From an uncultured Syntrophaceae bacterium (lineage in GTDB: Bacteria > Desulfobacterota > Syntrophia > Syntrophales > PHBD01): a stretch of DNA of 42,651 bases. The notes beneath the pieces are model-generated. The model was given only the letters and a program-made list of their open reading frames with translations. It was not told where the DNA came from and did not search any database. The position numbers and the translations under genes were made by a program. Within the stretch, counting starts at the first letter, position 1, and each line of letters begins with the position of its first letter. The stretch is taken from the NCBI GenBank assembly GCA_964641935.1, contig CAZXMK010000002.1, positions 1 through 42,651 on the forward strand. The letters run 5' to 3'. Positions 18,077 through 29,318 of the stretch are shown piece by piece.

Positions 18077-20485
18077 TCAATTCCCGTTCCTCTCAACCGC
18101 TGCGTCGGCCGCTCCGCCGTTTCCCATGCCAAGCGGAAGCGTCACGATCACCCGAGTCCCCTCACCCCTGCGGCTCCGGATCTCAACGTTTCCCCGATGA
18201 AGATCCACGATCTTCTTGACCTGTGTCAGCCCCAACCCCGTTCCGTAACTTTTGCGGGTAAAAAAGGGATTGAATACATGCGGCATCGCTTCCTCATCGA
18301 TCCCGCAGCCGTTGTCTTCCACTTCCACGACCAGCACGGGCCGTCCTTCCTCTGACTGCATCATTGTGCTCACGACCAGCCTGCCGCCAGCATCCATGGA
18401 GTCGATGGCGTTCCGGTACAGATTCTGGAAAAGCTGCTCCAGCATGGCCCCATCGACGGCGGCGACGGGAACGTCCTCGGCGAAGCGGTATTCGACCTGT
18501 ATATTCTTGTCCGCCAGGGATTTTTCCACCATTTCCATGGCATTTTCCAGAACCCGGCGGATGTCCGTCATCCTCTTTCTTGGCTCCTCCGGACGCGCGA
18601 AGATAAGCACGTCGTTCACAAGGTGCTCCAGGTGCTCCACCTCCCGCTGGGCGATTTTGAAGCGTTTTAGATCGTTTCCCGTGGGCTGCAGCCTCTTTTC
18701 CAGGATCTGCAGGCTCATCTTGATGGAGGAAAGGGGGTTCCGGACTTCATGGGCAATGCCGGCCGACAACTGGCCGACGGCCGCAAGTTTCTGGCTTTCG
18801 TAGAACTTCTCCTCCAGTTCCTTGAACTCCGTGATGTCCCGTTCGACCACCACAAGCCGATCCGTTCCCCGGAGAGGACGTGCGGTGAGAAGGAGGTTCC
18901 GGCGGGTTCCGTCACTCAGGGTCACCTCCATTTCAAACGGCGTGAAGACCCCTCTCTTCGCATCTTCGAATCGGGCCAGCAGATCGTCCCGATGCTCGTG
19001 TCCCACAAAATCCGTGAAGTGCCGGCCCTTCATTTCTTCATCCGTCAGTCCGTTCATGAATTTCGGGATGCGGCTGATGAAGTTGACCGTTCCGTCGGGC
19101 CCCAAGTCAAACAGGTTATCCGGGGAACTCTCAACGATGGACCGGAGATAATTATGAACCGCCTCGATCTGATGGCGGAGGTTGACGTTTTCCGTGACCT
19201 CGTTCTCCAGAGTCTCGGCATATTCCTTCATGTTGTTGGACATCTCCACTTCACGGGTCACGTCCTGGAGCGTTTCGATGGCCGCGATGACCTGTCCCTT
19301 TTCGTCGAAGATGGGCGCCGCCAGGAAATACAGGTGGCGCGGCTTGCCTCCGAGATCTTCGTAATAATCCCTTGCTTCGTAAGCTCCCTTCACAACCGTA
19401 GACGGACGAACCATCTTCTTTCCGTAATAACGATCCAGTTCCGCGATATTGTTATCCACGATCAGGTCCGCGATGAGAGGGCGTTTTTCCTTGTAGAACG
19501 GGAGGTACTGCTTGTCCGTCCCAATCATTTCATTGACACCGTAACCGCTCATTTCCGTCATGGCCCGGTTCCAGAAGATGATCCGGTGGGAGCGGTCGAT
19601 GACGAACATGGGAATGGGTGAACCCTCGATGACCCCTTCAACGGTTTTCTTTTCCCTGGCCAGCTGTTCCTGCGAATCCCTGAGGTGCTGCGCCATCTCC
19701 ACTTCCTGGGTTACATCCTGGAGGGTCTCGATGGCGGCAATGATCTGCCCCTTCTCGTCAAAGATCGGCGCTGCGAGAAAATAGAGGTGCCTGGGCCTGC
19801 CTCCCAGATTGTTATAATAGTCCCTGGCCTCATAGGCTCCCTCCACCTGTTTTGACGGCTGAACTTTCTTCTTGCCATAAAACTGCTCCAGCCCCGGCAT
19901 ATCCTGATCCACGATCAGATCGGCAATCACCGGACGCTTCTGGTCCGGACCATAAAAAGGAATATACTGCTTGTCTGTTCCGATCATGTCGGCCTGCTCC
20001 AAGCCGGTCAGATCGGCACATGCCTTGTTCCAGAGAATGATGCGGTGGTCGCGGTCGATCACAAAGGTTGGAATGGGGGAACCCTCGATGATTCCCTCGA
20101 CGGTCTTTTTCTCGCGGAGGAGGCGTTCCTCCCAGGCCTCCACTTCCTGCAGGCGGGCCAGTTCCTCGCGAATGAACCTCCTTCGACGGGTCATGTAAGC
20201 CAGGGTGACTCCGCCCGTGAACAGGACAAGGATCAGCCCCGCTGCGACAAGGGCGAAGGTCAACTCCTGCCGGCTGAACGGCTCCGCCACCCCTTTGCGC
20301 AGGGCATGATTCACCGTCAATGCCATGAGGACCAGGAAAAGCAGAAGGAAAAAGGTCGTCAGCCAGACGGGAAATTTGATATTGGGTCGCTGAAGCATCC
20401 GGTTATCGGGCTTTCCCATGACTGCATACAGAGCGATCGGATCCTGGCGGGCCAGCTTGCCATCCGCTGTTCCCGACGGATGCAA
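18077..20485 (-). CDS. Membrane-anchored multi-PAS sensor histidine kinase (start uncertain: TTG 20485, ATG 20419 or ATG 20398)
   Basis: Two TM helices with only a short loop between them, three PAS-like modules, H-box AHEVRNPLSSI, N-box LYRNAIDSM, G-boxes EDNGCGI and GTGLGL. Confidence 0.9.
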   Translation of the reverse strand: MHPSGTADGKLARQDPIALYAVMGKPDNRMLQRPNIKFPVWLTTFFLLLFLVLMALTVNHALRKGVAEPFSRQELTFALVAAGLILVLFTGGVTLAYMTRRRRFIREELARLQEVEAWEERLLREKKTVEGIIEGSPIPTFVIDRDHRIILWNKACADLTGLEQADMIGTDKQYIPFYGPDQKRPVIADLIVDQDMPGLEQFYGKKKVQPSKQVEGAYEARDYYNNLGGRPRHLYFLAAPIFDEKGQIIAAIETLQDVTQEVEMAQHLRDSQEQLAREKKTVEGVIEGSPIPMFVIDRSHRIIFWNRAMTEMSGYGVNEMIGTDKQYLPFYKEKRPLIADLIVDNNIAELDRYYGKKMVRPSTVVKGAYEARDYYEDLGGKPRHLYFLAAPIFDEKGQVIAAIETLQDVTREVEMSNNMKEYAETLENEVTENVNLRHQIEAVHNYLRSIVESSPDNLFDLGPDGTVNFISRIPKFMNGLTDEEMKGRHFTDFVGHEHRDDLLARFEDAKRGVFTPFEMEVTLSDGTRRNLLLTARPLRGTDRLVVVERDITEFKELEEKFYESQKLAAVGQLSAGIAHEVRNPLSSIKMSLQILEKRLQPTGNDLKRFKIAQREVEHLEHLVNDVLIFARPEEPRKRMTDIRRVLENAMEMVEKSLADKNIQVEYRFAEDVPVAAVDGAMLEQLFQNLYRNAIDSMDAGGRLVVSTMMQSEEGRPVLVVEVEDNGCGIDEEAMPHVFNPFFTRKSYGTGLGLTQVKKIVDLHRGNVEIRSRRGEGTRVIVTLPLGMGNGGAADAAVERNGN
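19241..20116 (-). repeat. Intragenic tandem duplication of a ~150-aa PAS module inside the kinase
   Basis: aa 124-276 and aa 277-~415 align almost residue for residue (REKKTVEG[IV]IEGSPIP.FVIDR.HRII.WN...GTDKQY.PFY...PRHLYFLAAPIFDEKGQ.IAAIETLQDVT.EVEM). The DNA copies are clearly diverged at synonymous sites. Confidence 0.85.
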
Positions 20486-20691
20486 ACTCCGCCAGTGCCG
20501 GCATACTACAGGGGGGCCTCCAAAAATTCAACCGAAAATGCTACAGGATTTCAGGACATCTGCCCTTTTCCAAGCCAGGGCAAAATGCCCCGGGGCGTCC
20601 CCCGGACGTGCGTCAAAGAAAGCGTGAACCGCCGCGAGCGGAGGCCATCTGTATGGATTCCGCTGCAACCAGAAAGAGGAGAGCTGTGACC

Positions 20692-21105
20692 ATGCCCGTA
20701 CGCCGTGAAAAATATCAGGAGCTGACCCAGCGGATGGCCAGCCTTGGAGTTTCGGAAAGCGATTTCCGGGAGCACTTCACCCGTTCTTCAGGACCCGGAG
20801 GGCAGAAGACCAACAAGACAGCCACCTGCGTACACCTTGTTCACGTTCCCACCGGCCTGTCCGTGAAGTGCCAGGAGGAGCGATCCCAGGCACTGAATCG
20901 TTTTCTCGCCCGACGGATACTTCTGGATCGGATCGAGAGCAGGCAGAAGGGGATCTTAAGCGAAGAGAGACGAAGGTGGGAAAGAATCCGCAGGCAGAAG
21001 CGACGCCGGTCGCAGCGTGCCAAGGAGAGAATGCTGCAGGATAAGCACCACCAGTCCGAGAAAAAACGCCTCCGCTCGTCCGCACTGGATGAAGAACACA
21101 GTTAA
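20692..21105 (+). CDS. ArfB-like GGQ-domain protein (class I release-factor-domain peptidyl-tRNA hydrolase with basic tail), 137 aa
   Basis: SSGPGGQKTNKTATCVHLVHVPTG GGQ motif plus a highly basic C-terminal tail (RRRWERIRRQKRRRSQRAKERML...KKRLR). The ATG at 20692 follows AGAGGAGAG. Confidence 0.7.
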   Translation: MPVRREKYQELTQRMASLGVSESDFREHFTRSSGPGGQKTNKTATCVHLVHVPTGLSVKCQEERSQALNRFLARRILLDRIESRQKGILSEERRRWERIRRQKRRRSQRAKERMLQDKHHQSEKKRLRSSALDEEHS

Positions 21106-21109
21106 GGGC

Positions 21110-21162
21110 AAAAAAAACGGGAGCAAGGAGCATTATTTGCGGCGCTCCTTCTCCCGTTTTTT
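21110..21162. terminator. Bidirectional intrinsic terminator between the ArfB-like gene (+) and atpE (-)
   Basis: A8 run, then a 13-bp stem CGGGAG(C)AAGGAGC / GCTCCTTCTCCCG (21118-21131 / 21144-21156), then a T6 run. Confidence 0.8.
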
Positions 21163-21187
21163 CTATGATAACAGGATCGCTCTTGCT

Positions 21188-21559
21188 CTATGCAATGAGC
21201 TTCAGCAGCGGATTCGCATAAAGCAGAATCAGCGCGATAACCAGGGCGTAAATGGCCAGCGATTCGATCATGGCCAGACCCACCATCATGGTGAGGAGGA
21301 TCTTGCCCTGGGCTTCGGGGTTACGACCAACGGCGCTCGTGGCTCCGCCAAGACCATGTCCCATACCGGTTCCGGTTCCGTTTGCCGCGATTCCAACACC
21401 AAGGCCGGCCGCCAGCACGCTGCAACCGATAATGATGGCCTTCGTGTAGTTCACCGCCGCTCCCGGAGCCGCCGCCTCCGCCGCCATGGCCAACGGAGCC
21501 CACAGCAACACGATCAACAAACCAGCAGCTGCATACACCATCCTCTTTTTCCTCATCAT
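21188..21559 (-). CDS. atpE: F-type ATP synthase Fo subunit c with ~40-aa signal-peptide-like N-terminal extension
   Basis: C-terminal [40 protein letters not shown] is a canonical c-subunit hairpin with the carboxylate Glu. AAGGAGGT lies immediately upstream of the ATGATG at 21559/21556. The N-terminus [29 protein letters not shown] looks like a Sec signal. Confidence 0.9.
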   Translation of the reverse strand: MMRKKRMVYAAAGLLIVLLWAPLAMAAEAAAPGAAVNYTKAIIIGCSVLAAGLGVGIAANGTGTGMGHGLGGATSAVGRNPEAQGKILLTMMVGLAMIESLAIYALVIALILLYANPLLKLIA

Positions 21560-21652
21560 CTACCTCCTTGCAGGATTTTCCCGTCCCGTCGAAGCGCCGG
21601 CAATCCTTGTCTGGTGGAGCTTCGCGGCCGAGTGCCACATTCCTAGCCTCCG

Positions 21653-21668
21653 TTGACAAAAATGTCAA
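21653..21668. promoter_or_regulatory. Perfect palindrome TTGACA-AAAA-TGTCAA in the atpE/groES divergent region
   Basis: Read directly. It presents a consensus -35 hexamer on both strands, or could be an operator. Confidence 0.3.
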
Positions 21669-21711
21669 GCCATATTTCCGCGCCGATACCGGAAAAACTT
21701 GTCGCCCCGAC

Positions 21712-21739
21712 TTGACAGGCGAAAATTGATGTTTAATAT
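21712..21739 (+). promoter_or_regulatory. Strong sigma70-type promoter candidate for groES-groEL
   Basis: TTGACA (21712-21717), a 16-nt spacer, TAATAT (21734-21739), about 75 nt upstream of the groES ATG. Confidence 0.55.
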
Positions 21740-21814
21740 ATCCGCGAATTACTACATCCTGTCAGAAATTCTTGTAAAAATAAGAGATTAACCAAAGAAA
21801 GGAGAGGTTGGAGA

Positions 21815-23763
<1,949 letters not shown>

Positions 23764-23797
23764 GCAATCTGCAACGAACCGAATCCTTACCTCTGAA

Positions 23798-23834
23798 GGG
23801 CTCCCGGCCGACCGCCGGGGGCCCTTTCTTATTC
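23798..23834 (+). terminator. Intrinsic terminator after groEL
   Basis: 10-bp GC stem GGGCTCCCGG / CCGGGGGCCC with loop CCGACCG, followed by TTTCTTATTCTT. Confidence 0.8.
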
Positions 23835-23896
23835 TTGAAAATCCATACCTTTCTGTGGTAGGCGTCATCGGACATAAAACCCTGAAACAGGAGCGG

Positions 23897-26692
23897 ATGA
23901 TGGACTACAAGGGCAGCCTGAACCTACCGAAGACGGATTTCCCGATGAAAGCCAACCTGGCACAGCGGGAGCCTGAAATGCTGCGCACCTGGGACGAAGC
24001 GGATATCTACGGCAAAATCCGCGATGTCTCCAAGGGACGGCCGGCATACATCCTCCACGACGGGCCTCCCTATGCGAACGGGAACATCCATCTTGGAACC
24101 GCGCTCAACAAGATCATCAAGGACATGGTCATCAAGTCCAGGAACATGGCGGGATTCGACAGCATTTACGTACCCGGCTGGGACTGCCACGGTCTGCCCA
24201 TCGAACACCAGGTCGACAAGGAGCTGGGTGAAAAACGCTACGAAATGTCCCAGGCGGACAAACGGAGATTCTGCCGGGCCTACGCGGAGAAGTTCGTGGA
24301 CATCCAGCGTCAGCAGTTCAAGCGGCTGGGGGTCTTCGGCGACTGGCCGAATCCCTACCTGACCATGACCTATGACTACGAAGCCGTGACGGTTGCCGAA
24401 TTCGGGAAGCTCTGGCTCGGCGGAAACGTCTACAAGGGGAAGAAGCCGGTTTACTGGTGCGCCTCCTGCAAAACGGCGCTTGCCGAGGCGGAAGTGGAGT
24501 ACGGCGACCATACGACGCCCTCCATCTACGTAAAGTTCCCCATGATTTCCGATATCGGAGCGGTTCGGCCCGCCCTGAAAGGCGAGAAGGTCAACGTCGT
24601 TATCTGGACGACCACCCCCTGGACGATTCCCGCCAACCTGGCCATCGCTTTTCATGAGGAATTCATCTACGTCGCCGTCAAGGTGGGGAGAGAAGTCCTG
24701 ATCCTGGCCAAAGACCTCCTGGACTACTGCCTGGACGCCTTCGGCTGGAAGGGGAAGCCCCACGAGATCCTGGATGAGTTTCCCGGCCGGGAAATGGAAG
24801 GGCTCAAGTGCCGGCATCCTCTCATCGATCGCGAGAGTCTTCTCATCCTCGCTCCCTTCGTTACCCTGGAAGCGGGGACCGGCTGTGTTCACATCGCCCC
24901 GGGGCACGGCCAGGAAGACTATGAGATCGGCATGGAATACGGGCTGGACAACTATGCCCCCGTGGACGAGGACGGCAAGTTCACCCCCGACGTGGCGGAT
25001 TTCGCCGGGCAGTTCGTCTTCGACGCCAACGGCCCGGTCAACGAGAAGCTGCGGGAGAAAGGCGCCCTCCTCGGCCTGGTGGACATCGAGCATTCCTATC
25101 CCCACTGCTGGCGCTGCAAACAGCCCATCATCTTCCGGTCCACGGAGCAGTGGTTCATCTCCATGGAGCGCAACGACCTGCGGAAGAAAACCCTGGAGGC
25201 CATCGATACGGTGCGCTGGATCCCCTCCTGGGGACGGGACCGGATCTACGGCATGGTGGAGAACCGCCCGGACTGGTGCATCTCCCGCCAGCGCCTGTGG
25301 GGCGTGCCGATCACGATTTTCTACTGCACGGCGTGCCAGAACGAATTCCTGACGAAGGAGATGCTGGATCACGTCGTCTCCCTCGTCCGCCAGCACGGGG
25401 CGGACGTCTGGTACGAACGGGAGGCAAAGGATCTGATGCCGCCCGGTACGGTCTGCCCTCACTGCCAGGGAACCGAATTCCGCAAGGAGACCAACATCCT
25501 GGATGTCTGGTTCGACTCCGGAGTCAGCCACGCAGCGGTTCTGGAAACCTGGTCGAACCTTCACTCCCCCGCGGACATGTACCTCGAAGGAAGCGACCAG
25601 CACCGGGGCTGGTTCCACTCGTCCCTGCTGGAATCCGTCGGAAGCAGGAACCGGGCTCCCTACCGGAACGTCCTGACCCATGGATTCGTCGTCGACGGAG
25701 AGGGCAAAAAGATGTCCAAGTCCGTCGGCAACGTCGTGGACCCCCAGGACATCATCGACAAATACGGGGCCGAAATCCTCCGCCTGTGGGTGGCCGCCGA
25801 GGACTACACGGTGGACATCCGGATTTCGGAAGAGATTCTCAAGCGCCTCGTCGAGGCCTACCGGCGCATCCGCAACACGAGCCGGTTCATCCTCGGCAAC
25901 CTTTACGACTTCGACCGCCGGAAAGACTCGGTCGCTTACGACGACATGGAGGGAATGGACCGCTGGGCCATCCATCGCCTCCAGGAGATCATGCAGAGGG
26001 TCACGGACGCATACGAAAACTTCCAGTTCCACGTCGCCTTTTACACCCTGCATAACTTCTGCACGGTGGACTTGAGCGCCCTGTACCTGGACGTGCTGAA
26101 GGACCGCCTCTACACATCCAGGGCGGCGTCCCGGGAGCGTCGCTCCGCCCAGACGGCCATTACGATCATTCTCGACGCCATGGCCCGCCTGCTGGCCCCG
26201 ATCATGACGTTCACCGCGGAAGAGATCTGGTCCGCCCTGCCGGCCTGGGACGGAAAGGCCGCCAGCATCCACCTGACGGATTTCCCGAAGGCCGATTCGG
26301 CGCTTCTGAAACCGGAGTTCGGCGAACATTGGAAAACCTTGATCAACCTGAAGGGCGAAATCGCCAAGGCCCTGGAGTTGGCCAGAAAGGAAAAGACGAT
26401 CGGCCACTCCCTCGATGCGCGGGTCCGGGTCGCTCCTCCGGAAGGTCTCCAATCTCTGTTGGCGTCGCACCTGGAGGATCTGCGAGCACTCCTGATCGTC
26501 TCCCAGATCGAGCTGAGCGAGCGGAACGCCCTTGTGAACCCCTATGAAAGCCAGGAAATCGAGGGGCTTGCGGTTGGCGTCGTCCGGGCGACGGGAAACA
26601 AATGCCAGCGCTGCTGGAACTACAGCGATACGGTGGGAACGGCCGCCGCTCACCCTGATCTGTGCGATCGCTGCCTGCGCAACCTGCCGTAG
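23897..26692 (+). CDS. ileS: Isoleucine--tRNA ligase (type 1, C-terminal zinc finger)
   Basis: [22 protein letters not shown]-terminus, [14 protein letters not shown] motif, KMSKS ([10 protein letters not shown]), C-terminal CQRCWNY...CDRC. Start at the ATGATG at 23897/23900 after AGGAG. The 62-aa track extension overlaps the groEL terminator. Confidence 0.97.
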   Translation: MMDYKGSLNLPKTDFPMKANLAQREPEMLRTWDEADIYGKIRDVSKGRPAYILHDGPPYANGNIHLGTALNKIIKDMVIKSRNMAGFDSIYVPGWDCHGLPIEHQVDKELGEKRYEMSQADKRRFCRAYAEKFVDIQRQQFKRLGVFGDWPNPYLTMTYDYEAVTVAEFGKLWLGGNVYKGKKPVYWCASCKTALAEAEVEYGDHTTPSIYVKFPMISDIGAVRPALKGEKVNVVIWTTTPWTIPANLAIAFHEEFIYVAVKVGREVLILAKDLLDYCLDAFGWKGKPHEILDEFPGREMEGLKCRHPLIDRESLLILAPFVTLEAGTGCVHIAPGHGQEDYEIGMEYGLDNYAPVDEDGKFTPDVADFAGQFVFDANGPVNEKLREKGALLGLVDIEHSYPHCWRCKQPIIFRSTEQWFISMERNDLRKKTLEAIDTVRWIPSWGRDRIYGMVENRPDWCISRQRLWGVPITIFYCTACQNEFLTKEMLDHVVSLVRQHGADVWYEREAKDLMPPGTVCPHCQGTEFRKETNILDVWFDSGVSHAAVLETWSNLHSPADMYLEGSDQHRGWFHSSLLESVGSRNRAPYRNVLTHGFVVDGEGKKMSKSVGNVVDPQDIIDKYGAEILRLWVAAEDYTVDIRISEEILKRLVEAYRRIRNTSRFILGNLYDFDRRKDSVAYDDMEGMDRWAIHRLQEIMQRVTDAYENFQFHVAFYTLHNFCTVDLSALYLDVLKDRLYTSRAASRERRSAQTAITIILDAMARLLAPIMTFTAEEIWSALPAWDGKAASIHLTDFPKADSALLKPEFGEHWKTLINLKGEIAKALELARKEKTIGHSLDARVRVAPPEGLQSLLASHLEDLRALLIVSQIELSERNALVNPYESQEIEGLAVGVVRATGNKCQRCWNYSDTVGTAAAHPDLCDRCLRNLP

Positions 26693-26752
26693 AGACGGGA
26701 CGGTCTCTCAAGGGATCCGGGAACGCTTCCCCTCAGGCCGAAGGCAACGAAC

Positions 26753-27256
26753 ATGACGAAGATAAGCAAACAGGCGCCCCTTCTGGCAATCGTGATTCTG
26801 TTGGTATTGGCCGACCAGGTCACCAAGGCATGGGTGACCACCGCCATGAACCTTCACGAGTCCATCCAGGTCATTCCCGGCCTGTTCAGCATCACCTATG
26901 TACGCAACCCCGGGGCGGCCTTCGGTTTCCTGGCCGGAGCATCTCCGACGGTGCGTCTCACCTTCTTCATCGCGGTGACCCTCCTCGCCATCGGCCTGAT
27001 CCTGTACTCCCTCTTCAAGGCCCGGTTCATCCAGGCATCCTGGAGAATCCCCCTGGTCCTCATCCTGTCCGGGGCACTGGGGAATCTGGCCGATCGGGTC
27101 CGCTTCGGGGAGGTCGTCGACTTCCTGGATTTCTATATCGGAACGGCGCACTGGCCCGCTTTCAATGTTGCCGATTCCGCCATCACGGTGGGAGCCGTCC
27201 TGCTCACGATCCTTGCCTTCCGGGGTGAAAAGGACGCCATCGAGACAGGTTCCTGA
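26753..27256 (+). CDS. lspA: Lipoprotein signal peptidase II
   Basis: LADQVTKAWV...FSITYVRNPGAAFGFL...NLADRVRFGEVVDFLDF...FNVADSAI. Conserved ileS-lspA pairing. Confidence 0.93.
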   Translation: MTKISKQAPLLAIVILLVLADQVTKAWVTTAMNLHESIQVIPGLFSITYVRNPGAAFGFLAGASPTVRLTFFIAVTLLAIGLILYSLFKARFIQASWRIPLVLILSGALGNLADRVRFGEVVDFLDFYIGTAHWPAFNVADSAITVGAVLLTILAFRGEKDAIETGS

Positions 27257-27277
27257 TTCCCGAAGGGATCGATAACC

Positions 27278-28642
27278 ATGTCCTTCAGGCCGGCACTGTT
27301 TCTCTCCAGGCTCCTGTCCTCGGCAAGGCTGTTCATCCTGAGCTTTGCGTTCCTGATCCTGGGGGGTGCACTGTTTCTATGGCACCCCGTTTGCGCCGCG
27401 AAGAGCCCTCTCTCATTCGTCGATGCCCTGTTCATGTCGGCGTCCGCCGTCTGCGTCACGGGGCTGGCCACCATCGACATCGGCCGGGATCTCTCCCTGA
27501 CCGGCCAGATCGTGACACTGGTCCTGTTCCAGCTCGGCGGCCTGGGTATCATCACGTTCTCCACCGTTCTTCTCGGAATCGTTGGACTGGGTGTCCCCTT
27601 CAAGGGCCGGGAAATCATCCAGTCCACCTTTCTCCACACGCCACGCCGTGATTTCCTGATGATTGCGAAGTGGGTCCTTCTGTACACCCTCGTGATCGAA
27701 AGCGCCGGAACGCTGCTGCTCTTTCTGCGTTTCATCCGGGAACAACCCGCCGGGCAGGCGGCCTACTCGGCGATCTACCACGCCGTATCGGCCTTCAACA
27801 ACTGCGGCTACACCCTGTTCGCGGACAGCCTGGTCCGGTACCAGGGAGACTGGCTGGTGAATGCCACCGTCATCGCCCTCATCGTCCTGGGCGGGATCGG
27901 ATTCATCGTCCAGTACGAAATCTTCTCAAAATTCCGGGGGCGGCAGCAGCGCCTGTCGGTGCACACCCGGATCGTCCTCCTGACGACTTCCATTCTGATC
28001 ATCGCCGGGACCCTGTTTTTCTACCTCTTCGAATTCAGCCACGTCCTGAAGGGCATGCCGGCGGACGAGCAGTTCCTGGTGGCCGTTTTCCAGTCCGTGA
28101 CGACCCGGACGGCCGGATTCAACACGGTGGACATCGGACAGCTGACCAACGGAACGATTCTCGTCATGATGATCCTGATGTTCATCGGGGCCTCCCCGGG
28201 ATCGACCGGCGGAGGGGTCAAGACCACCAGCTTCGCCCTCTTGATGCTCATGATCTGGAACCGGATGAAGGGTTTCGATACGGTCAGCATCTACAACCGG
28301 ACCATGCCGGCGGAGATCCTGACCAAGACGATCCTGATCATTTTCGCCTCGGCATTCTCGGTCTGCCTCATCACCTCGTTTCTTCTGCTGGTGGGATCCA
28401 ATCCGGGACAGGACCCCTCCCTGACCCGCCATTTCTTCGTCGAATACAGTTTTGAAACCGTCTCCGCCTTCGGGACCGTGGGGCTGTCGATGGGCATCAC
28501 GCCGAAGCTGAGCGACCTGCAGAAACTGGCCATTGTGCTCATGATGTTCGCCGGCCGGCTGGGGCCCCTCACCCTGGCCTTCTCCTGGAGCCGGACGAAA
28601 CGGGGAGTGACCTATGCGGAAGAATCAGTCATGGTAGGGTAA
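27278..28642 (+). CDS. TrkH/KtrB family K+ uptake membrane subunit
   Basis: About 10 TM segments with repeated selectivity-filter-like TGLATID, NCGYT, RTAGFNT and GVKT motifs. 454 aa. Confidence 0.9.
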   Translation: MSFRPALFLSRLLSSARLFILSFAFLILGGALFLWHPVCAAKSPLSFVDALFMSASAVCVTGLATIDIGRDLSLTGQIVTLVLFQLGGLGIITFSTVLLGIVGLGVPFKGREIIQSTFLHTPRRDFLMIAKWVLLYTLVIESAGTLLLFLRFIREQPAGQAAYSAIYHAVSAFNNCGYTLFADSLVRYQGDWLVNATVIALIVLGGIGFIVQYEIFSKFRGRQQRLSVHTRIVLLTTSILIIAGTLFFYLFEFSHVLKGMPADEQFLVAVFQSVTTRTAGFNTVDIGQLTNGTILVMMILMFIGASPGSTGGGVKTTSFALLMLMIWNRMKGFDTVSIYNRTMPAEILTKTILIIFASAFSVCLITSFLLLVGSNPGQDPSLTRHFFVEYSFETVSAFGTVGLSMGITPKLSDLQKLAIVLMMFAGRLGPLTLAFSWSRTKRGVTYAEESVMVG

Positions 28643-28654
28643 GGAGGTGTCTCG

Positions 28655-29302
28655 ATGAAACGGGTCATCGTGATCGGGCTGGGCATTTTCGGCTTCAACA
28701 TCGCGAAGGAGCTCTTCGAGCACGGCTTCGAGGTCATCGCCGTCGACAAGAGCAAGGACGCCATCCAGCGGATCCGCGACTTCGCCACGAAGGCCGTGCT
28801 GGCCGACGGGACGGACCGGGATATCATGGACATGATCGGGATCCAGGAAGAAGATCTGGTAATCGTCTCCTTCGGAGAAGACCTGGCCGCCAGCACGCTC
28901 ATCACGCTGCACCTGAAGCAGCTGGGCGTGAAGACGATCATCACCAAGGCCGTCAGCGAGGACCACAAGCTGATCCTGGAGCGCGTGGGCGCCACCGAGG
29001 CGATCATCCCGGAAAAGGTCATGGCCGCCAAACTGGCCAGAAGCCTCCGGTACCCGAATGTTCTGGACTACATTCCTTTGTCTGACGATTACATGATTTC
29101 CGAGATCGCTCCCCCGTCCGGCTTTCTCGGGAAATCCATCGGCGAGCTGCAGCTCCGCGGCCGCTACAACATCGAGGTCATCGCGGTCCGGGATGTCCTC
29201 ACGGACCGGATTTCCATGGTCCCCACCGCCGGTTACGTGCTCAAGGACGGGGAGGCACTGGTCGTGGTCGGCAGGGACAAGGACATCGAAAGAATCAAGT
29301 GA
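28655..29302 (+). CDS. TrkA/KtrA family K+ uptake regulatory subunit (RCK N+C)
   Basis: MKRVIVIGLGIFGFNIAKEL Rossmann GxGxxG motif and a C-terminal TrkA_C-like domain (IGELQLRGRYNIEVIAV). 215 aa. Confidence 0.9.
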   Translation: MKRVIVIGLGIFGFNIAKELFEHGFEVIAVDKSKDAIQRIRDFATKAVLADGTDRDIMDMIGIQEEDLVIVSFGEDLAASTLITLHLKQLGVKTIITKAVSEDHKLILERVGATEAIIPEKVMAAKLARSLRYPNVLDYIPLSDDYMISEIAPPSGFLGKSIGELQLRGRYNIEVIAVRDVLTDRISMVPTAGYVLKDGEALVVVGRDKDIERIK

Positions 29303-29318
29303 CCCGGAACAACCGGTT

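Noticed and set aside
21188-21400. Na+-specific c-subunit motif; the Glu-Ser pair and downstream Tyr in MIESLAIY resemble Na+-binding c-rings.
   Set aside because: The helix-1 Gln of the Na+ site is replaced here (GTGMGHG rather than G.GQG). The full ligand set is therefore absent and proton coupling is the safer reading. This needs an alignment to settle.
21630-21650. Sigma54 -24 element TGGCAC (minus strand, from GTGCCA at about 21632-21637) upstream of atpE.
   Set aside because: The -12 GC falls one position off the required GG-N10-GC spacing (TGGCAC-TCGGC-CGCGA) and has no TTGC. Other TGGCA-like strings in intergenic regions (about 36113, about 36932) fail in the same way.
23764-23896. 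Possible T-box or leader riboswitch ahead of ileS; a GTGGTAGGCG string vaguely resembles the T-box GGTGGTACCGCG.
   Set aside because: The spacer is only 133 nt and mostly occupied by the groEL terminator. The match to the T-box motif is poor. I could not fold a specifier-loop/antiterminator architecture.
23924-26653. 909-aa ORF antisense to ileS. Similar cases are the 537-aa ORF 22255..23868 antisense to groEL and the 425-aa ORF 10838..12115 antisense to ribD.
   Set aside because: Each is in the antisense frame that is codon-aligned with the real gene; I checked the coordinates modulo 3. In that frame stops can only arise from the rare sense codons TTA, CTA and TCA. The translations are Arg/Gly/Pro/His-rich low-complexity strings with no recognisable motifs. 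These are classic GC-rich shadow ORFs.
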